A stretch of 63,862 nt of DNA, filler included, from Octopus bimaculoides (Eukaryota), in assembly GCF_001194135.2 (NCBI RefSeq). It is 5 parts of 4 records of this genome, joined end to end, with 100 filler letters (N's around TTAATTAATTAA, not from the genome) between each part and the next. Parts side by side here need not be neighbours in the genome. Positions count along the whole stretch, not along the records: positions 1 to 27,603 come from NC_068983.1; 4 more parts are not named here. One strand, 5' to 3'. The notes beneath the pieces were generated by a model. It had not been told where the DNA came from. It made no database searches and saw only the letters and a list, made by a program, of their open reading frames with translations. Shown piece by piece: positions 1 to 14,077 of the stretch; position 1 is the stretch's first letter, and each line of letters starts with the position of its first letter. The position numbers were made by a program, and so were the translations under genes.

Positions 1-839
1 ATATATATATGATTTATCAAAAGACATTCTACGACACATTCAATTCTCTATTATGCGATGATCATTTAGGTTAGAGTAGGAATGAAAATAAAACGGCTTC
101 ATTTAGTAACTAAATTTTACCACAGCTCACGGAGTTGCCATTAAATTTGCCTGCTGGTCACAGTTATTTGGTCTAATAGTAGCAAATTACTTCTAAACTT
201 TCATTTCTTTTGCACACTCAAATCGATAATTAAGATCTAGTATATAAAAGTGTCAATACCAACGCTGTGCACTTTATTCTATAATTCGATGCATTAACTA
301 TCATACAATGCTAAATTACCAGAAAAATGTGAATAATTCTAAAACAAAATGACATTGGAAATGAGTTCTGAAAGAAAATGCTCTGTTTCTTTGCTTTCAG
401 ATTCTTGCACTATTAAATTACCACTTTATTGTTGAGATTTCATGACATTGAGATTGTTCTTCTAGAATAAAATTTTCTTATATATTTGGAATACGGCATT
501 ATATAGGTATATCACCAACATTTGAGAAGGTGAAAATAATTCAATTCAAGACGTACGAACTCTTGAGATTCAAATTGAACGATTAATGAATGGCTTATCA
601 AATATACCCGTTCGTTCTTTCCAATGTTATTTGAATTACCCCGAAGTTCTTTTTTATGGCAGTGTTTCAGGGTGTTTTGTAGCTCTATTTTTCTTCTACA
701 ACTTTTGTTTAACGTTTTTGAAATCTTATTACCTCTTTTCAAACATATGACGAAGGAGTATTAAGTAGAAAAACATAGGCCTTTTCGATACCTGCTTCTC
801 ATTGCTTTTTCTGAAGGATCCAAAGTTGCCAAAACTACA

Positions 840-1060
840 CGAAACAGTTGTGCTTTGTACGGCGAAGTTGCTGCTACTTAAAAAAACTGCACAGAAATGA
901 TTTTCATGCATCAAGGAGGGAGAATTCGAATCCTTAGATTCTCTGCATTGCGGCCGACCTGTTAAGTTCAATGGAAATCGAATCCACGAGAACCAGCACC
1001 AATCCACTGGTTGACTTCTCCAGGTCAAGGCATAAAAACTAGTGGAACCTTAGCATTAAG
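840..1060 (+). mobile_element. Possible very old mariner HTH remnant
   Basis: Short peptides LYGEVAA and GRPVKF..IHENQHQST in different frames resemble the mariner HTH region. Weak. Confidence 0.35.
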
Positions 1061-1496
1061 GAGAATATATATTACCAGGGGGACCTGTGGAAATTCCACA
1101 GGTCGAAAAGAATTAAGAGAAACTATTTAAGAAAGAAAGGTTGATTTTTGTTTTTATTTTGCTAAGTTATTTCACTTCCAGTCACAATCATATATTATAT
1201 GATTTTAAAATTTCCCTCTGCTAGGCACTTTATACTTCTCTCTTTCTCTCTACCTCTTCAAAAAAAAACTTTTTAACCATGTAACTCCCTTCTCCATGTC
1301 TTTAACATTTCTCTCTTTCTCTTCGCCTTTCCCTCCGAACCCTACAGCACGTCAATAACACTTCTCTCTCCCAACTTCTTCTCACCGTCTTTTTCTCCCG
1401 TTCTTCGCCTCTCCATTCAACTAACCATGTGATACATTTCGCCTTAGGGTATACTCCTCTCTTCTTTCTTTTCTGCTCACATTTCTCCCTCTCCCT

Positions 1497-1598
1497 CTCT
1501 CACTTTACTCTACCTCTCACTTACTCCACCTCTCACTTACTCCACCTCTCACTTACTCCACCTCTCACTTACTCCACCTCTCACTTACTCCACCTCTC
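1497..1598. repeat. 16-bp minisatellite (CTCTCACTTACTCCAC)n
   Basis: About six tandem copies read directly. Confidence 0.85.
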
Positions 1599-2220
1599 TA
1601 ACTAACTAAAGTATAACGGGCGATCGAAAAAACAGATTATTATATAGATTGACTGATTTGTTAAAGTTGTTGAAANNNNNNNNNNNNNNNNNNNNNNNNN
1701 NNNNNNNNNNNNNNNNNNNNNNNNNNNNNNNNNNNNNNNNNNNNNNNNNNNNNNNNNNNNNNNNNNNNNNNNNNNNNNNNNNNNNNNNNNNNNNNNNNNN
1801 NNNNNNNNNNNNNNNNNNNNNNNNNNNNNNNNNNNNNNNNNNNNNNNNNNNNNNNNNNNNNNNNNNNNNNNNNNNNNNNNNNNNNNNNNNNNNNNNNNNN
1901 NNNNNNNNNNNNNNNNNNNNNNNNNNNNNNNNNNNNNNNNNNNNNNNNNNNNNNNNNNNNNNNNNNNNNNNNNNNNNNNNNNNNNNNNNNNNNNNNNNNN
2001 NNNNNNNNNNNNNNNNNNNNNNNNNNNNNNNNNNNNNNNNNNNNNNNNNNNNNNNNNNNNNNNNNNNNNNNNNNNNNNNNNNNNNNNNNNNNNNNNNNNN
2101 NNNNNNNNNNNNNNNNNNNNNNNNNNNNNNNNNNNNNNNNNNNNNNNNNNNNNNNNNNNNNNNNNNNNNNNNNNNNNNNNNNNNNNNNNNNNNNNNNNNN
2201 NNNNNNNNNNNNNNNNNNNA

Positions 2221-2312
2221 ACTGGTACTTAATTTATCGATCCCGAAAAGATGAAAGGCAAAGTCGACTTCGGCGGAATTTGAACCCAGAACGTAACGGC
2301 AGACGAAATGCC
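2221..2312 (-). mobile_element. SINE family 1 fragment next to a gap
   Basis: ACTGGTACTTAATTTATCGATCCCGAAAAGATGAAAGGCAAAGTCGACTTCGGCGGAATTTGAAC is the reverse complement of the family centre. Confidence 0.8.
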
Positions 2313-4867
2313 AATTTCTTTATTGCCCACCGGGAGCTAAACAGAAATGAACAAAACAACTGATGGGATCAGTAAATTGATATGATTTTACATAAAATGT
2401 AACTTTTAAAAATTAATTAAAATATTAAAAAATCGAATGAAATTAACAATACAGGGACAATACAAATGAAGTGATGATCAGGTCACGCTCCGACCCCACA
2501 AGCCCCGATCTTTCGCTGGTACCTTTTTTTGCTCTTTCCCCCACCCCCGTCTATTTTTAACATTCCTCCACTCTTTCCTAATTCGAGGATTATGTTTGAT
2601 TTTGCAATAATCATTTACAGCATCCTTATTCTCGTACATAACACTCTAGGCAGGGGGATATAGACAAATTAAAAACATTTATGTGGATTATTTCAATAAG
2701 AATTTATTATTGTGCCATTGATTCTCTGAAATTTATGCTACTTGTTAATTTCTATGGAGACAAAATAGCCGAGAGAATTTGTTGAGAACAAAAAGTTACA
2801 GGCTTTAAGAAAGCGTATGGTTTCTATTCCCAACCTGCGTTGAATAAAATTATGTACCGAAACATATTATAACACCTTAGTTTCCAGTTGATGCAACTTT
2901 CTGTTGGTATTGGTGTAGTCCAATACATTGCCCACTCAACAATCTTACATACAACTGAAAACCAGTTATTTATATCACATATTTCTATGTTAAAATATCA
3001 CACATTTCTATGCTAAAATATCTATGTTAAAATATCTGCCAACTTGTCATCCCCAGTGACTTCATGAAAAGTTTGTGAAGTTCGGCTCATTTCCAAGGCC
3101 ATTATTAGAATATAGTAAATGTGCTTGAAATCATGTCACTGTTGCAATTATTTGCCAGGAGCTTAATTTTCACCGTAAAACATCCGATGTGTAATTCTTT
3201 CTGGTTTTGGCATAAGACCATCAACATCCAACACTTCACTGTTTATTTACCCAGAATAGATCAAAACCAAAGTTAGTTGCGATGGTATTTGAACTCAGAA
3301 TGTAATGAGTTGGAACAAATACGGCAAGGCATTTTCCCCGATGCTCTAACGATTTTGAAGGCTAACCATAAGCTGACAATTACAGTTTCTATTTGAAGTG
3401 CTAATTAATTTCAATTTCTCATTATCCGAATTATGATGATAGGTTTCCTCATTAGTCTAAAAATTGCTTACATGATATATAAGTATTTCATAAATTAGTA
3501 TATGATAAATTAGTATTTGAAAACAGAATTTTAAATTAACATGTGACCTCTTTAACAGATTTCTGTAATTAACTCTTGGCAATTTATAAGTTAAGAAAAA
3601 ATAATAACTTTAAACCACATAAATTTGCATTAGAAGGTACAATCGATAACAGTACAAAGAAAATGTAATATGTATTTTATTAAATCAAATTAATTTCATC
3701 ACTTTGCAACATCTGGAATGTATTTGTTTAAAATATTGTTTCTTTCCATTGATAAAATGTACACGATGTAAACACATTTTTGCTGTAACCATTTCATTTC
3801 GATATTAACAATTTAAAGTACAAATAGTAATGTTATATTGTGGTTGTTGTTGATTATCTCCAGTTCAGTTTTGACCAAGAAGTGGTTCTGTCCATAGCCG
3901 CTCTGTCTTTATTTAGACATAGTGTACATGGGAACCCATTATTTAATGTTTCACTTTTCAAGAAAGCGGAATATGATTTGAGGAAGTATTTGGTGCATTT
4001 TGTGTTGATCTACAACATTCTACAACATTCTACAAGGTCGATCTCCATCATCCATATCACTTCATTGCAATAAAATCTTATTTTATATAGATAAGAGGAA
4101 AGGTTGTCTGTCAAGCATTAAATGAGTAGAATATGATCCGCTAAAGAAGTTTAATAATACTGAAAGATGCTCATCGCGTTCACTAGTTGGTTTTAAAGAC
4201 CAGATAAACTCTAATCTACTTTGACGATATTATTTTTAACTTTTGATAAATTGATCTTATTAGAGTTTTCCCACTTACGGTTTATTTTTATTACATTTTA
4301 AACACTCCTAGAGGGGGTTGTTGTCTAATAATTGCTTAGATGATTTTACTAAGGTGTGATTGCCAACTCGTTATTTTACATATGTAAATTCCTGCACTAG
4401 TTAATAACAACGACACTCTTCTGCTGTAGAATCTCACTTTTTCCAATTAGGTGATATTTTCCAATTTAGGTGTTAAACATATGTCTCTACTTCAGCAATA
4501 GTAATAAACTTGTAAAGATGAATTTTATTTCTTTATTCAGCTTCTTTACATTATCAGGTGTTTTAGTGTCTGTTTATGAAAAATTTATCTGTAGCTTTTA
4601 TAATTTAGACTGGTTCATTTAACAAGACAAACGGTTATAACGAGAAAACTCATAATTTTAACTGAACTGTTAGTAAAACTTAACACACACACACATGTAC
4701 ACGCACACACACATGTACACGCACACACACACACATTCACATACACACGCACACACACTCTCACACACTCACACGCAACACGCACACGCACTTATACACA
4801 CACACTCACTCACACAAATAAGTATATATACATATGTACACACATATTTATACACACACACATATAC

Positions 4868-4904
<37 letters not shown>

Positions 4905-4931
4905 TATAGACAGACAGACAGACAGACAGAC

Positions 4932-4982
<51 letters not shown>

Positions 4983-4995
4983 CAGACAGGCAGAA

Positions 4996-5048
<53 letters not shown>

Positions 5049-6287
5049 GGTTATGGGTTATGATATTTCCTTTAGTATATTTGCAAAAGAAAAGTTGGGA
5101 GTCGTGACTTCAACGTGTAATTTTGATATTTCTTATTGCTTAATCTTTCGACATAGCATAGTCCGACTTTTGCTGACGTTTAGGGATATCATGGATTGAA
5201 TAAACCCTATTATATATTACTTTTGCGTATACTAACAATCTTAGATGAATCAAAGTAAAAACCGAGATTTGAAGTAAAAGAAAAAGCATAAAAGGAAAAG
5301 TACCTATTCACCGTTTTTATTTTATTAGAATAATAAATTCATTATCAGCTTAAATTCATACATTTGTATTGAAGAAATAGAGTAGTTTGAATTTATTGAA
5401 GAATAATATTGTTTTTACTAAGTGAATGTCATTATTTAATTGAAACGGTACAAGGAAAGTAGCCCATTTACTATATAACCATCTATATGATGTCTGAAGC
5501 ATCTTAATATTATGTGGAATATATTAAGTAATTTTTGGTCCCTTTATATTTATCTTTGGACTTGACTTTTGCTGGCGGTAAATTCAAGCCAAATACAATA
5601 TATCTCATCACATGCGTTTCTATAGATCTTCAATCTATTTTGTTTAAAGACCTTTACTAGAGTAGCTGGTAACACCCATAATTTTTTCAGCTCCTTCTTG
5701 GTTAACATAAATTTGAAACGTTACTAATTTGTTTGATTGCATTATTTACAACAATATAAAGTTTTATAATTATTCATACTTTTTGTTTGTTCGATCCTCT
5801 CACTTTGTCAAGCAAATGGGCCTAAGTCTTTCTATCAGGAAAATCAACAAAAACAAAACATTTCCAATAAATAAATATCTGATCTAATTTGACATTATTG
5901 CGCTAACTTTTCTAATACTTTACTTTCTGCAACTATGGTGTTATCTTTTGTAACACCATCACTAAGTTAATATTTTTCAGCGCCAATATTATAATTCGAT
6001 ATATATTTCAACTATAGCATTTTAATCCAATCTACTATTACTCTAGCACTACAATGACACTTATCACTGCTTTGATTTTATGATTTTATGATTATATCGA
6101 CTGAAACTACTTTCCAGTTCTTGAAAACAATGTTTATACATTGACAAAAGCAAGATTCAAAATTAAGCAACAACCTAACAAAATCCGAATTCTTTGTCAG
6201 TCCATTATGAAAGCACAAATTAATAGGTTTCAAAACTTCGGAAATCTTTCTGTCTATGCACGAACACTTATTTTATATACAGTTCAG

Positions 6288-7384
6288 CTATTTTCTTTTG
6301 TTTCGTTCTCTGTAGATGACGTACAGTTTTGTACCGTAAGTAGAGGCAACAAAGATATATTGTATAATTATTACTGCTGTCGATTGAAGTATAGTAGCTA
6401 TCCGTGGTTTACTTTCAAAGCGTTCGAATGGGGTAAAAGTAAAACACACTAAAGCAATGAGGAAAGCTTCGTAATATATTATTTTATCATTGTCGTAAAT
6501 AGTTGATCCATTTTGGTAAATATCATTGTTGCTAGTAGAATTCCGACTTTTGTTTGAGAACAATAGAATCAAACAAAGCATTATGGCCTCATAAAGCAAG
6601 GCGAAGTAAAAATCCCAATCTTTTGATCTACAGTAAAGAAAAATATTATTTGTTGAAACTTTTTTGATAACTACTTGCGCAGGCATTTGTAGTCCATTAA
6701 ATGCTAATGGAGAAATTCGTAGTAGAATAGTGAGAATAAAAACAAAACTTCCCATATTTATGCAATTTAAACTGCAGCACTTAGTGTCTGTATTAAATGT
6801 TATATGATTCATTTCATTGGATTTATCTTTTTTATTCTTGCCTTTTAGTGGAATATTTTTAAAAAGTCTATTTAAATGTCCAACATAGTGACGGATTGTA
6901 CCGACGCTGTAAAACATGAGAGATAAATGTAGAGCATAAAATAATTGTAAACATATAATATTACTATGACAAATAATATCTAAGTGTCGCTGTAAGAAAG
7001 TAAAAGGTAAAAGAAATCCAAAAGTTGCAACCAGAAAGGATAAAAATTTGAATGACATTCCAATATACAAATGATGGTTTCTATGCTTTGAGAAAAGAAG
7101 TAAAAGCGTTACACTAAACAATTCTCCAACACTACAAAGTAAGATTATAATAATCCCACCAGGGGAATCATAGGAGAACCATGTACGTTTATCATCAACA
7201 CACTCACTGTTATCATCATTAGGGTGTTTCAAATATTCACATTGTAAGCATTTATATGAAATATTACTCGTTGAAACCCAGCCAGGAGGACATTTTTCAC
7301 AAACCCAACAACATGACTGTGATCCGATTTTGCGTTTATAGCCTTTTCCACAAGGAACTGAACATCTTGACATCGGCTTTACTC
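6288..7384 (-). CDS. Class C GPCR, terminal exon (cysteine-rich NCD3G domain + 7TM + very short C-tail)
   Basis: ORF reads GVKPMSRCSVPCGKGYKRKIGSQSCCWVCEKCPPGW...KCLQC...NSEC, with the nine Cys of the class C cysteine-rich domain. Seven hydrophobic segments follow, ending YGTKLYVIYRERNKRK*. Acceptor ttcatttcAG at 7386-7385; phase 1 matches the upstream exon. Confidence 0.93.
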
Positions 7385-8165
7385 CTGAAATGAATCAATG
7401 CATATAACATTCACAGCATTGGTTCCAATATATAGGATTTATGATAGTCTCAATACACATAGTTTTAAAAATGTTTTTGTCACGAAATTTAATTTCATTA
7501 CTTTTAGTTTTGTGTTAATTGTAATAAAATACAGATGCTGTGAATGAAACTTTTCATGGATGGAATGGAAAATAAAATAGCTGATACGACATTTCAGCAC
7601 AAATATCTCTCTTTACCTTGCATAAACAGCAGTATTTTATAGAAATTGCTATAAAAATAATGAATGAGTTTTATTTTCGAGTAAAATCTATCAACGTTAT
7701 TTAATGGTACATTTTATTTAAAATCAGCCAGTCTCTGGCTAACTATCATTCCATTTATATTGACGAGATGGACTTTGTATTGGTTTCATTGACATTTATT
7801 TCATTCCAGCAAAATTAATATTTCTCTTCAATTTCAGAATAGTTTAATATTAAATAGATATTAGACAACAGTCGCTTGTCTTCGATAAATTATTCTTCGC
7901 ATGGCGCTTATTTTTAATCAACAAATCGATGTCAGAAAGATATATTAGAAAATAAGTAAAAGCAACATTATTAATCAACTTCTTAATTCTATTAGTTAAA
8001 TATGAGATGATGGCTACTGTTTGGACTAATTAGATTCTTTCATAACGATGATGAATCTTTACTTTCTGGTAATATATATATTTTCAAATGTTTAACAAAC
8101 TTTAAAACATATGCATCCGATGTATTTGATATTCTATGGAAAGGAAATTTAAAGAGTAAATATAC

Positions 8166-8786
8166 CTTTATTCCAATGAATGTCTGAAGGATTAATGGTC
8201 AACGACGTGTCACTGTTAATTTGCTGCCAGCTTCCAATATTGATATATTCTAACTTTTTGATTGATTCATTGAACTGTAAAGTTATTATATCATAACGAG
8301 CGTTCACTTCTTGTCCATAACGGTCAAATTGGATGGGGACAGCAGAAAAACCTTGAAAGCGAATGTCTTTGTAATTCTGAAGAAGTTCTGAATAGTTGAT
8401 AGTAGGCACCGATTTGTTTTCACATTTTTTTACTTCTAAAAGATTGTGTAATCCTTTGGCAATCGTATAAATTGCGTCGAACATATAAGTCCAGATGAAA
8501 TTTAATGAAACTGGGAAGCAATCATGAAATGAAGTTAAATTATGAGGGAAGTCTGAAATATTTTGTAACTTTTTCAAAGAACAATCAGCTGCAATGTTGT
8601 ATTGTTGGCATAGGAAAGGCAACAACCATTTGTTACGTCTGGGATGAATTTTCACCGGGTATTCGTCCGGCCGTTTGAGAGTCTGTGAATTTAATGTAAC
8701 ACCTATTATACCTTGCATAATGTGTGGTGGTAAGGTCAGAAATTCGCCACGTCCTGCCCATGCCTCACTTGCTATCCATGTTATCC
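8166..8786 (-). CDS. Class C GPCR, internal exon (C-terminal half of the Venus flytrap domain)
   Basis: 621-nt open exon: (G)ITWIASEAWAGRGEF...YMFDAIYTIAKGLHNLL...FQGFSAVPIQFDRYGQEVNARYDI...IGSW...IHWNK(G). WIASEAW, DAIYTIAKGLH and F.G.....FD..G are class C VFT motifs. Acceptor ttttcgtttAG at 8788-8787, donor GTATAT at 8165; both junctions are phase 1. Confidence 0.93.
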
Positions 8787-9149
8787 CTAAACGAAAAGAA
8801 AATAAAAAATATTACACTTATGACCAAAAGAAGTTCTTTTTATCAACATAAAATGTTGGATTAACGAGAAGTGAATACTTGAGTGAAATGTTGACACTAA
8901 ATACGGTAGTGATGTAAGGAAACGGAAATCGTTAGATGATCGTGGACTCGATCACTACGCTCAAGAAATTTCTCTTAGTTAAGTAAAATATCCACCTGGT
9001 TTTACACTCCAACCACTGCGCCAAATTCGGAAAGTACAACTAGCGTACTATTCCCAGAAACGTTAAAATAACGTACCAGTTTCTGTTTACACTGCTTCAT
9101 ATTCTCTTATTTCTCTTTCCGTATCTTTTATATACATCGTACACACACA

Positions 9150-9227
<78 letters not shown>

Positions 9228-10196
9228 TACACACAGAGACATATGTATGTACGTATATGTGTGCACGCGTGTGTGTGTGTGTGTGAAGGTATGTTTTGTT
9301 GTTGTTGGTTGCCATGAAAGAATGTCTATCCAGAGCATTCGAAAAATTGGCTTCTTCCATACTTATCTGATGATTAAACGTTTTGTTTAATACCAACTGG
9401 TGTTAGAATAATTCACCTTTCTTTAGAAAAAAAAAACAATTTCCATATAGGCACTTATTTGAACATTTGTTTGTTAACTTCAATTTTGTTCGTCGAACAG
9501 CCGCAGCCGAGATATGTCTTGTAATGTTGCACCAGGAATCTGTCTCTCATTAGCTTTGATAGATCCTCAGTTTCATATTGTTTCTGCTAATAATATTAAA
9601 GTAGTTGAGTGGTTTTTGTTCTCTATGTGTACCGAGCATTCTCTTCTCTTTAGAGCCCAAACCAGGTGTATGAAGAAGGAGCTTCAACATCACCTTAATA
9701 GTACTTATACTGTTCTTCTTATGAGGATTTAAAACATTTCACGGTTCGAGTGGAAGCTCAAAGAGGAGATTTATGAAAACAATAGAAATGTAACAACCAC
9801 GAGTGTATATATGACTTAAGCGACCGAGAGCATAAGTCTCCCCACGGAACTCCTTATTGCAGAAACGGCCCCACTTTTCTTGGCTAGATATTTTCAGTTG
9901 GTAGATTGGAGAACAACAAGTGCCTTGCTCAAGAGCAAGATGTGACATATGATCTGGAATTTGAATACATGAGGTAACGATCGTGAGCCCAACAAACAAG
10001 TCATATATATATATATATATATATATANNNNNNNNNNNNNNNNNNNNNNNNNNNNNNNNNNNNNNNNNNNNNNNNNNNNNNNNNNNNNNNNNNNNNNNNN
10101 NNNNNNNNNNNNNNNNNNNNNNNNNNNNNNNNNNNNNNNNNNNNNNNNNNNNNNNNNNNNNNNNNNNNNNNNNNNNNNNNNNNNNNNNNNNNNNNN

Positions 10197-10232
<36 letters not shown>

Positions 10233-10944
10233 GGCATACAGACAGAGAGAGGTAAAGAGAGAGAGAGAGAGAGGGAGATATGCAACTACGTATATGTACG
10301 CATATGCATATTAGCATATTATATATACACACGCAAAAGATACACAAACGCACGCACCATCACAGACACACATGTATATGCACACACGCGCACAGATAGA
10401 TAGATAGATACATACATACATACATACATACATACATACATACATACATACATACATACATACATCAAAACTGCAGGAAATTAATGTTTCAACGAAAGGC
10501 AGGAATTAGATTAATGTTTATTGGATAGACACTTCTCAAGCACATTACGTATCTCTTCGAATCTGAAGATATATTGTTATTCTTCAATAATTCATGAAAG
10601 CAATGTGTTTTGGAATTTTCAAACTCCTCATTCACTACAAATCATTCATCAACTTTCAGAAACCGTTTCACCTATTCTGCAAGGAAAAGCATCCCTTTAT
10701 TTATTTCAGTACAGCAAGTGCTGCAGATTCTAACACTATTCCAGAATCAATAGAGCTACTTCCGACAGATAACGATCAACGAGAGAAGCGTTCATAAATT
10801 ATCACCGGTGTTGATTTCTGACAATGGCTCTATGGACATAACCCTCTGGGTTTAGTTTACTTAGCTTTAAAGTATGTACTGAGAAGTCAGAAGGTAAATC
10901 TCACTGCTGTATGTAGTGTATACTTACCGAGAAATTCATTAACT

Positions 10945-11260
10945 TTCTCTGTTGAGTTCAAGAGCCACTCTTAAGTGTAGAGGAAATTAGAGGACACTTG
11001 TCGTTACGCTGGTCTTCTAGACTAATGACTCGCAAATCATTCCAGTCTACTCTCTCCTCGCCACCGATATTATCAAAGGTGGAAAGTAAAGGTCGATACC
11101 GCTTGTCACGAGTGATGTTGCTACTTATTTTTACAGCTGAGTGAACTAGCGCAACGTGAAATAAAATGTCTTGCTTAAGAGCATAATACACAGCCAGGTC
11201 AGGGAATCGAACTCACACTCGCGATTGTAAGCCTGACGCTCCAACCACTCAGCCATGCGC
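10945..11260 (-). mobile_element. tRNA-derived CORE-like SINE
   Basis: Minus strand GCGCATGGCTGAGTGGTTGGAGCG (A box), GAGTTCGATTCCC (B box), then CTTAAGCAAGACATT...TTCACTCAGCTGTAAAAAT resembling the CORE domain. Confidence 0.65.
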
Positions 11261-11703
11261 TTTCGCATGCATACATACATACATACATACATACATACAT
11301 GTGTGTATGTATATGTATGAATATATATATATGGTAATAAGTATGTACGATCCATGATCCCGGAATAGGAAATTAGTAAGCTTGAAGCAAACACAGAGTT
11401 AGTATAGATAACGAAATGTGGACATTATACGAGTTTATCAACCATCGTAAGTGACACACTTCGTCCCATATTGAAATCCAAGGAAATTTCGATAAGCTGA
11501 CAGTTACCATGCAAGTCACGGTTTAGCAACTAAAGGTGCTGATATTACTAATAAAAATTCGGGAATGTAATGAAAGAAAAGGCTAAATACTGATAACAAG
11601 TGTTCCATAGCAAAGACATTCTTAGTTACATAACTTGTTACATAAGACCTGCTTAGATAATTTTCGGTTTTTATTATCTTCAAGTTGTTTACATTGTCGC
11701 GTG

Positions 11704-11742
<39 letters not shown>

Positions 11743-11807
11743 TATATAATGGAAATATTAATATTTATAAGTCTTTCTAAAGGAGTCTACAGCAGCGGTA
11801 CTGGATA

Positions 11808-12051
11808 TTAATAGTTATCGCCAAGCCAACATGGCAGTCCAAAAAGTAGGACGAATGCTGCCGTTGATTAGCTCCAAGAGGCCATCGTCTCTAGCTAGCT
11901 ATGTGACAAACGAACTTATGTCCATCAAAACCTTCGGACACAGGTTCGTGTGTCACATAGCTAGCTAGAGACGATGGCCTCTTGGAGCTAATCAACGGCA
12001 GCAATCGTCCTATTTTTTGGACTGCCATGTTAGCTTGGCGATAACTATTAA
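11808..12051. mobile_element. 244-bp fold-back MITE (about 107-bp inverted arms)
   Basis: Arms TTAATAGTTATCGCCAAG...CTAGCTATGTGACA(A/C)ACGAAC are near-perfect reverse complements (about 4 mismatches), with TA flanks and a short central loop. Confidence 0.8.
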
Positions 12052-12220
12052 TATATATATATAAATTAAGCAGAAAATGGAGAAAACTTTTGATCAACAA
12101 ACAAATTGACTACTATCGGTTACTATTTTTTTAATACAAAACTTTAACATTGCTAACAGTCGTTTCTAGATGTTTCTGACATACCTAGGGCACCCACAAT
12201 ATTATTATTATTATTATTAT

Positions 12221-12398
12221 TTTATGTTTGACTTTTGCTTTGCATTTGTACAAGTTGGATCCAAGTCTCACCCAGAGACCTCAAGAGACAACAAGCTAGA
12301 AGTTCATGTAGGTGTTATGCCTAGGGTACCATATATTTGGATTTGTACATAGTGTTGTTCTAGAGAATGTTTAAGAAACCATAAGAAAATTATGTTTT
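12221..12398 (-). mobile_element. Short 3'-end copy of a second (TAA)n-associated retroelement family (also at 36726-36774)
   Basis: TTTATGTTTGACTTTTG(C/T)TTTGCATTTGTACAAGTTGGATCCAAGTCTCA is shared between 12221 and 36726. Each copy has (TTA)n on both sides. Confidence 0.6.
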
Positions 12399-12414
12399 AT
12401 TATTATTATTATTA

Positions 12415-12482
<68 letters not shown>

Positions 12483-12520
12483 GTTGTTATTATTATTATT
12501 ATTATTATCATCATCATCAA

Positions 12521-12731
12521 GGCGGTGGGCTAGCATAATCGTTAACACGCTGGACAGAATGCTTAGTGTATTTCGCCAGTCGCTACATTCTGAGTTCAAA
12601 TTCCGCCGAGGTCAACTTTAACTTTCATGTTTCTAAAATCGATAAAATAAGTACCAGTTGAGCACTGGGATCGATCTAATCGACTCATCGCCTCCCCCCA
12701 AATTGCTGACCTTGTGGAAAAATTCGAAACC
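12521..12731 (+). mobile_element. SINE family 1 (tRNA-derived, about 210 bp, (ATT)n tail)
   Basis: GGCGG..GGCAGAATCGTTAGC head, GAGTTCAAATTCC B box, central GACTTTGCCTTTCATCCTTTCGGGGTCGATAAATTAAGTACCAG-like block, and tail GGCCTTGTGCC..TTTGAAACC(ATT)n. More than 12 copies in the window. Confidence 0.85.
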
Positions 12732-13014
12732 ATTATTATTATTATTACTACTACTACTATTATTATTATTACTTTTATTTCAATTTTGTTTCCTTTTCTT
12801 GCGAGTGTCTTCTCGACACCCAGGGTAAAGAAACTCACTGTATACATTAGTAGGCCGTTAAAATATACACACCAGGTTGTTCATTTACAAAGTCAAGATA
12901 TGTGATAGAAAAAGAGAAAAAGAAAGAAAAGAGGAGGAAAAAGGAAAAAGAAAAAGAAAAAATAGAGACAAAATGAAAAAAAACAAAGTATTATGATTAT
13001 TATTATTATTACTA

Positions 13015-13205
13015 TGGCGGCGAACTGGTAGAATCTTTAGCACGTCAGGCGAAACTCTTAGTGGTATTTCACCCGTCGCTACATACTAAGTTCAAAATCT
13101 ACCTTTCACCCTTTCAGGGTCAATAAATTAAGTGCCAGTGAAACACTGGGGTCGATGTAGTCGACTGCCCAAAAAATTCCTGGCCTTGTGCCAAAATTTG
13201 AAATC
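13015..13205 (+). mobile_element. SINE family 1 copy
   Basis: Same head, B box, centre and tail, preceded by (ATT)n. Confidence 0.8.
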
Positions 13206-13720
13206 ATTATTACTGCTCTTCTGAGCTGTAATAGCTCCATTGGCGGTGATAATTTTAAAAAATGCTATTTGGGTGGCTGTTGACTCCTCAGAGTTCATCT
13301 GCCCTTAAACAGGTCCTGTTTTCTCTCCTGCAGGGTGACCAGAAAAAAACACCCTCTTTACAGAGCAAGATCTGTTGGGTTACCGGTCTAGTCACCGATG
13401 GCCCGACATTTGTGATTCATTTCTATGACTTCAGTTATGGCGATGGTGAAGGGGTGAGTGTCACGTCCCTGACAAACTTACGCAGACACATTCAGGGAGA
13501 GGAAGGAAGAGAAAAGAAGGAAGATGAAAAGGGGAGAAAAAGCGAAAGATAATACAAGAGCATGTGTGCTTCTCTGTGCGAGAGTATAACTATGAATGGT
13601 GGTGGGACGGTTGGCTGGCCGCATCGGTCACGGGTAAAGGTGATAAATTGTGTTGCTGAACGAAAGGCGAAAATCGGAAATCAGATAATATATACGCCAG
13701 TGATCAGTGAGGAAGCTAGA

Positions 13721-13780
<60 letters not shown>

Positions 13781-14077
13781 TATAGAGATGAGAGGGGTTT
13801 TTTTTCGCTCTACGTTCATCTATAAATAAATACAAGTGCGAGTAAGTGTGATGAACTGTGTAGTTGAATGAGAGAAGGAAATTGGAAGTCGTATACCCAA
13901 AAATTGCAGTGCTTCTTTGATTCAAGTCAAAGGTCAGAGACATAAGATCATACACACATGCACACACACACATACACACACACACATGCACACACACACA
14001 CATACACACACACACATACACACACACACCTGTGATCAGTGCGGAAGTGTATTATCATTATTATTATTATTATTATT

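Noticed and set aside
3720-4080. Possible ancient LINE fragment downstream of the GPCR
   Set aside because: Only vague peptide resemblance (TEPLL) amid many stops; not supportable without an alignment.
10594-10797. 67-aa plus-strand ORF in the GPCR intron
   Set aside because: No domain similarity or splice support that I can identify.
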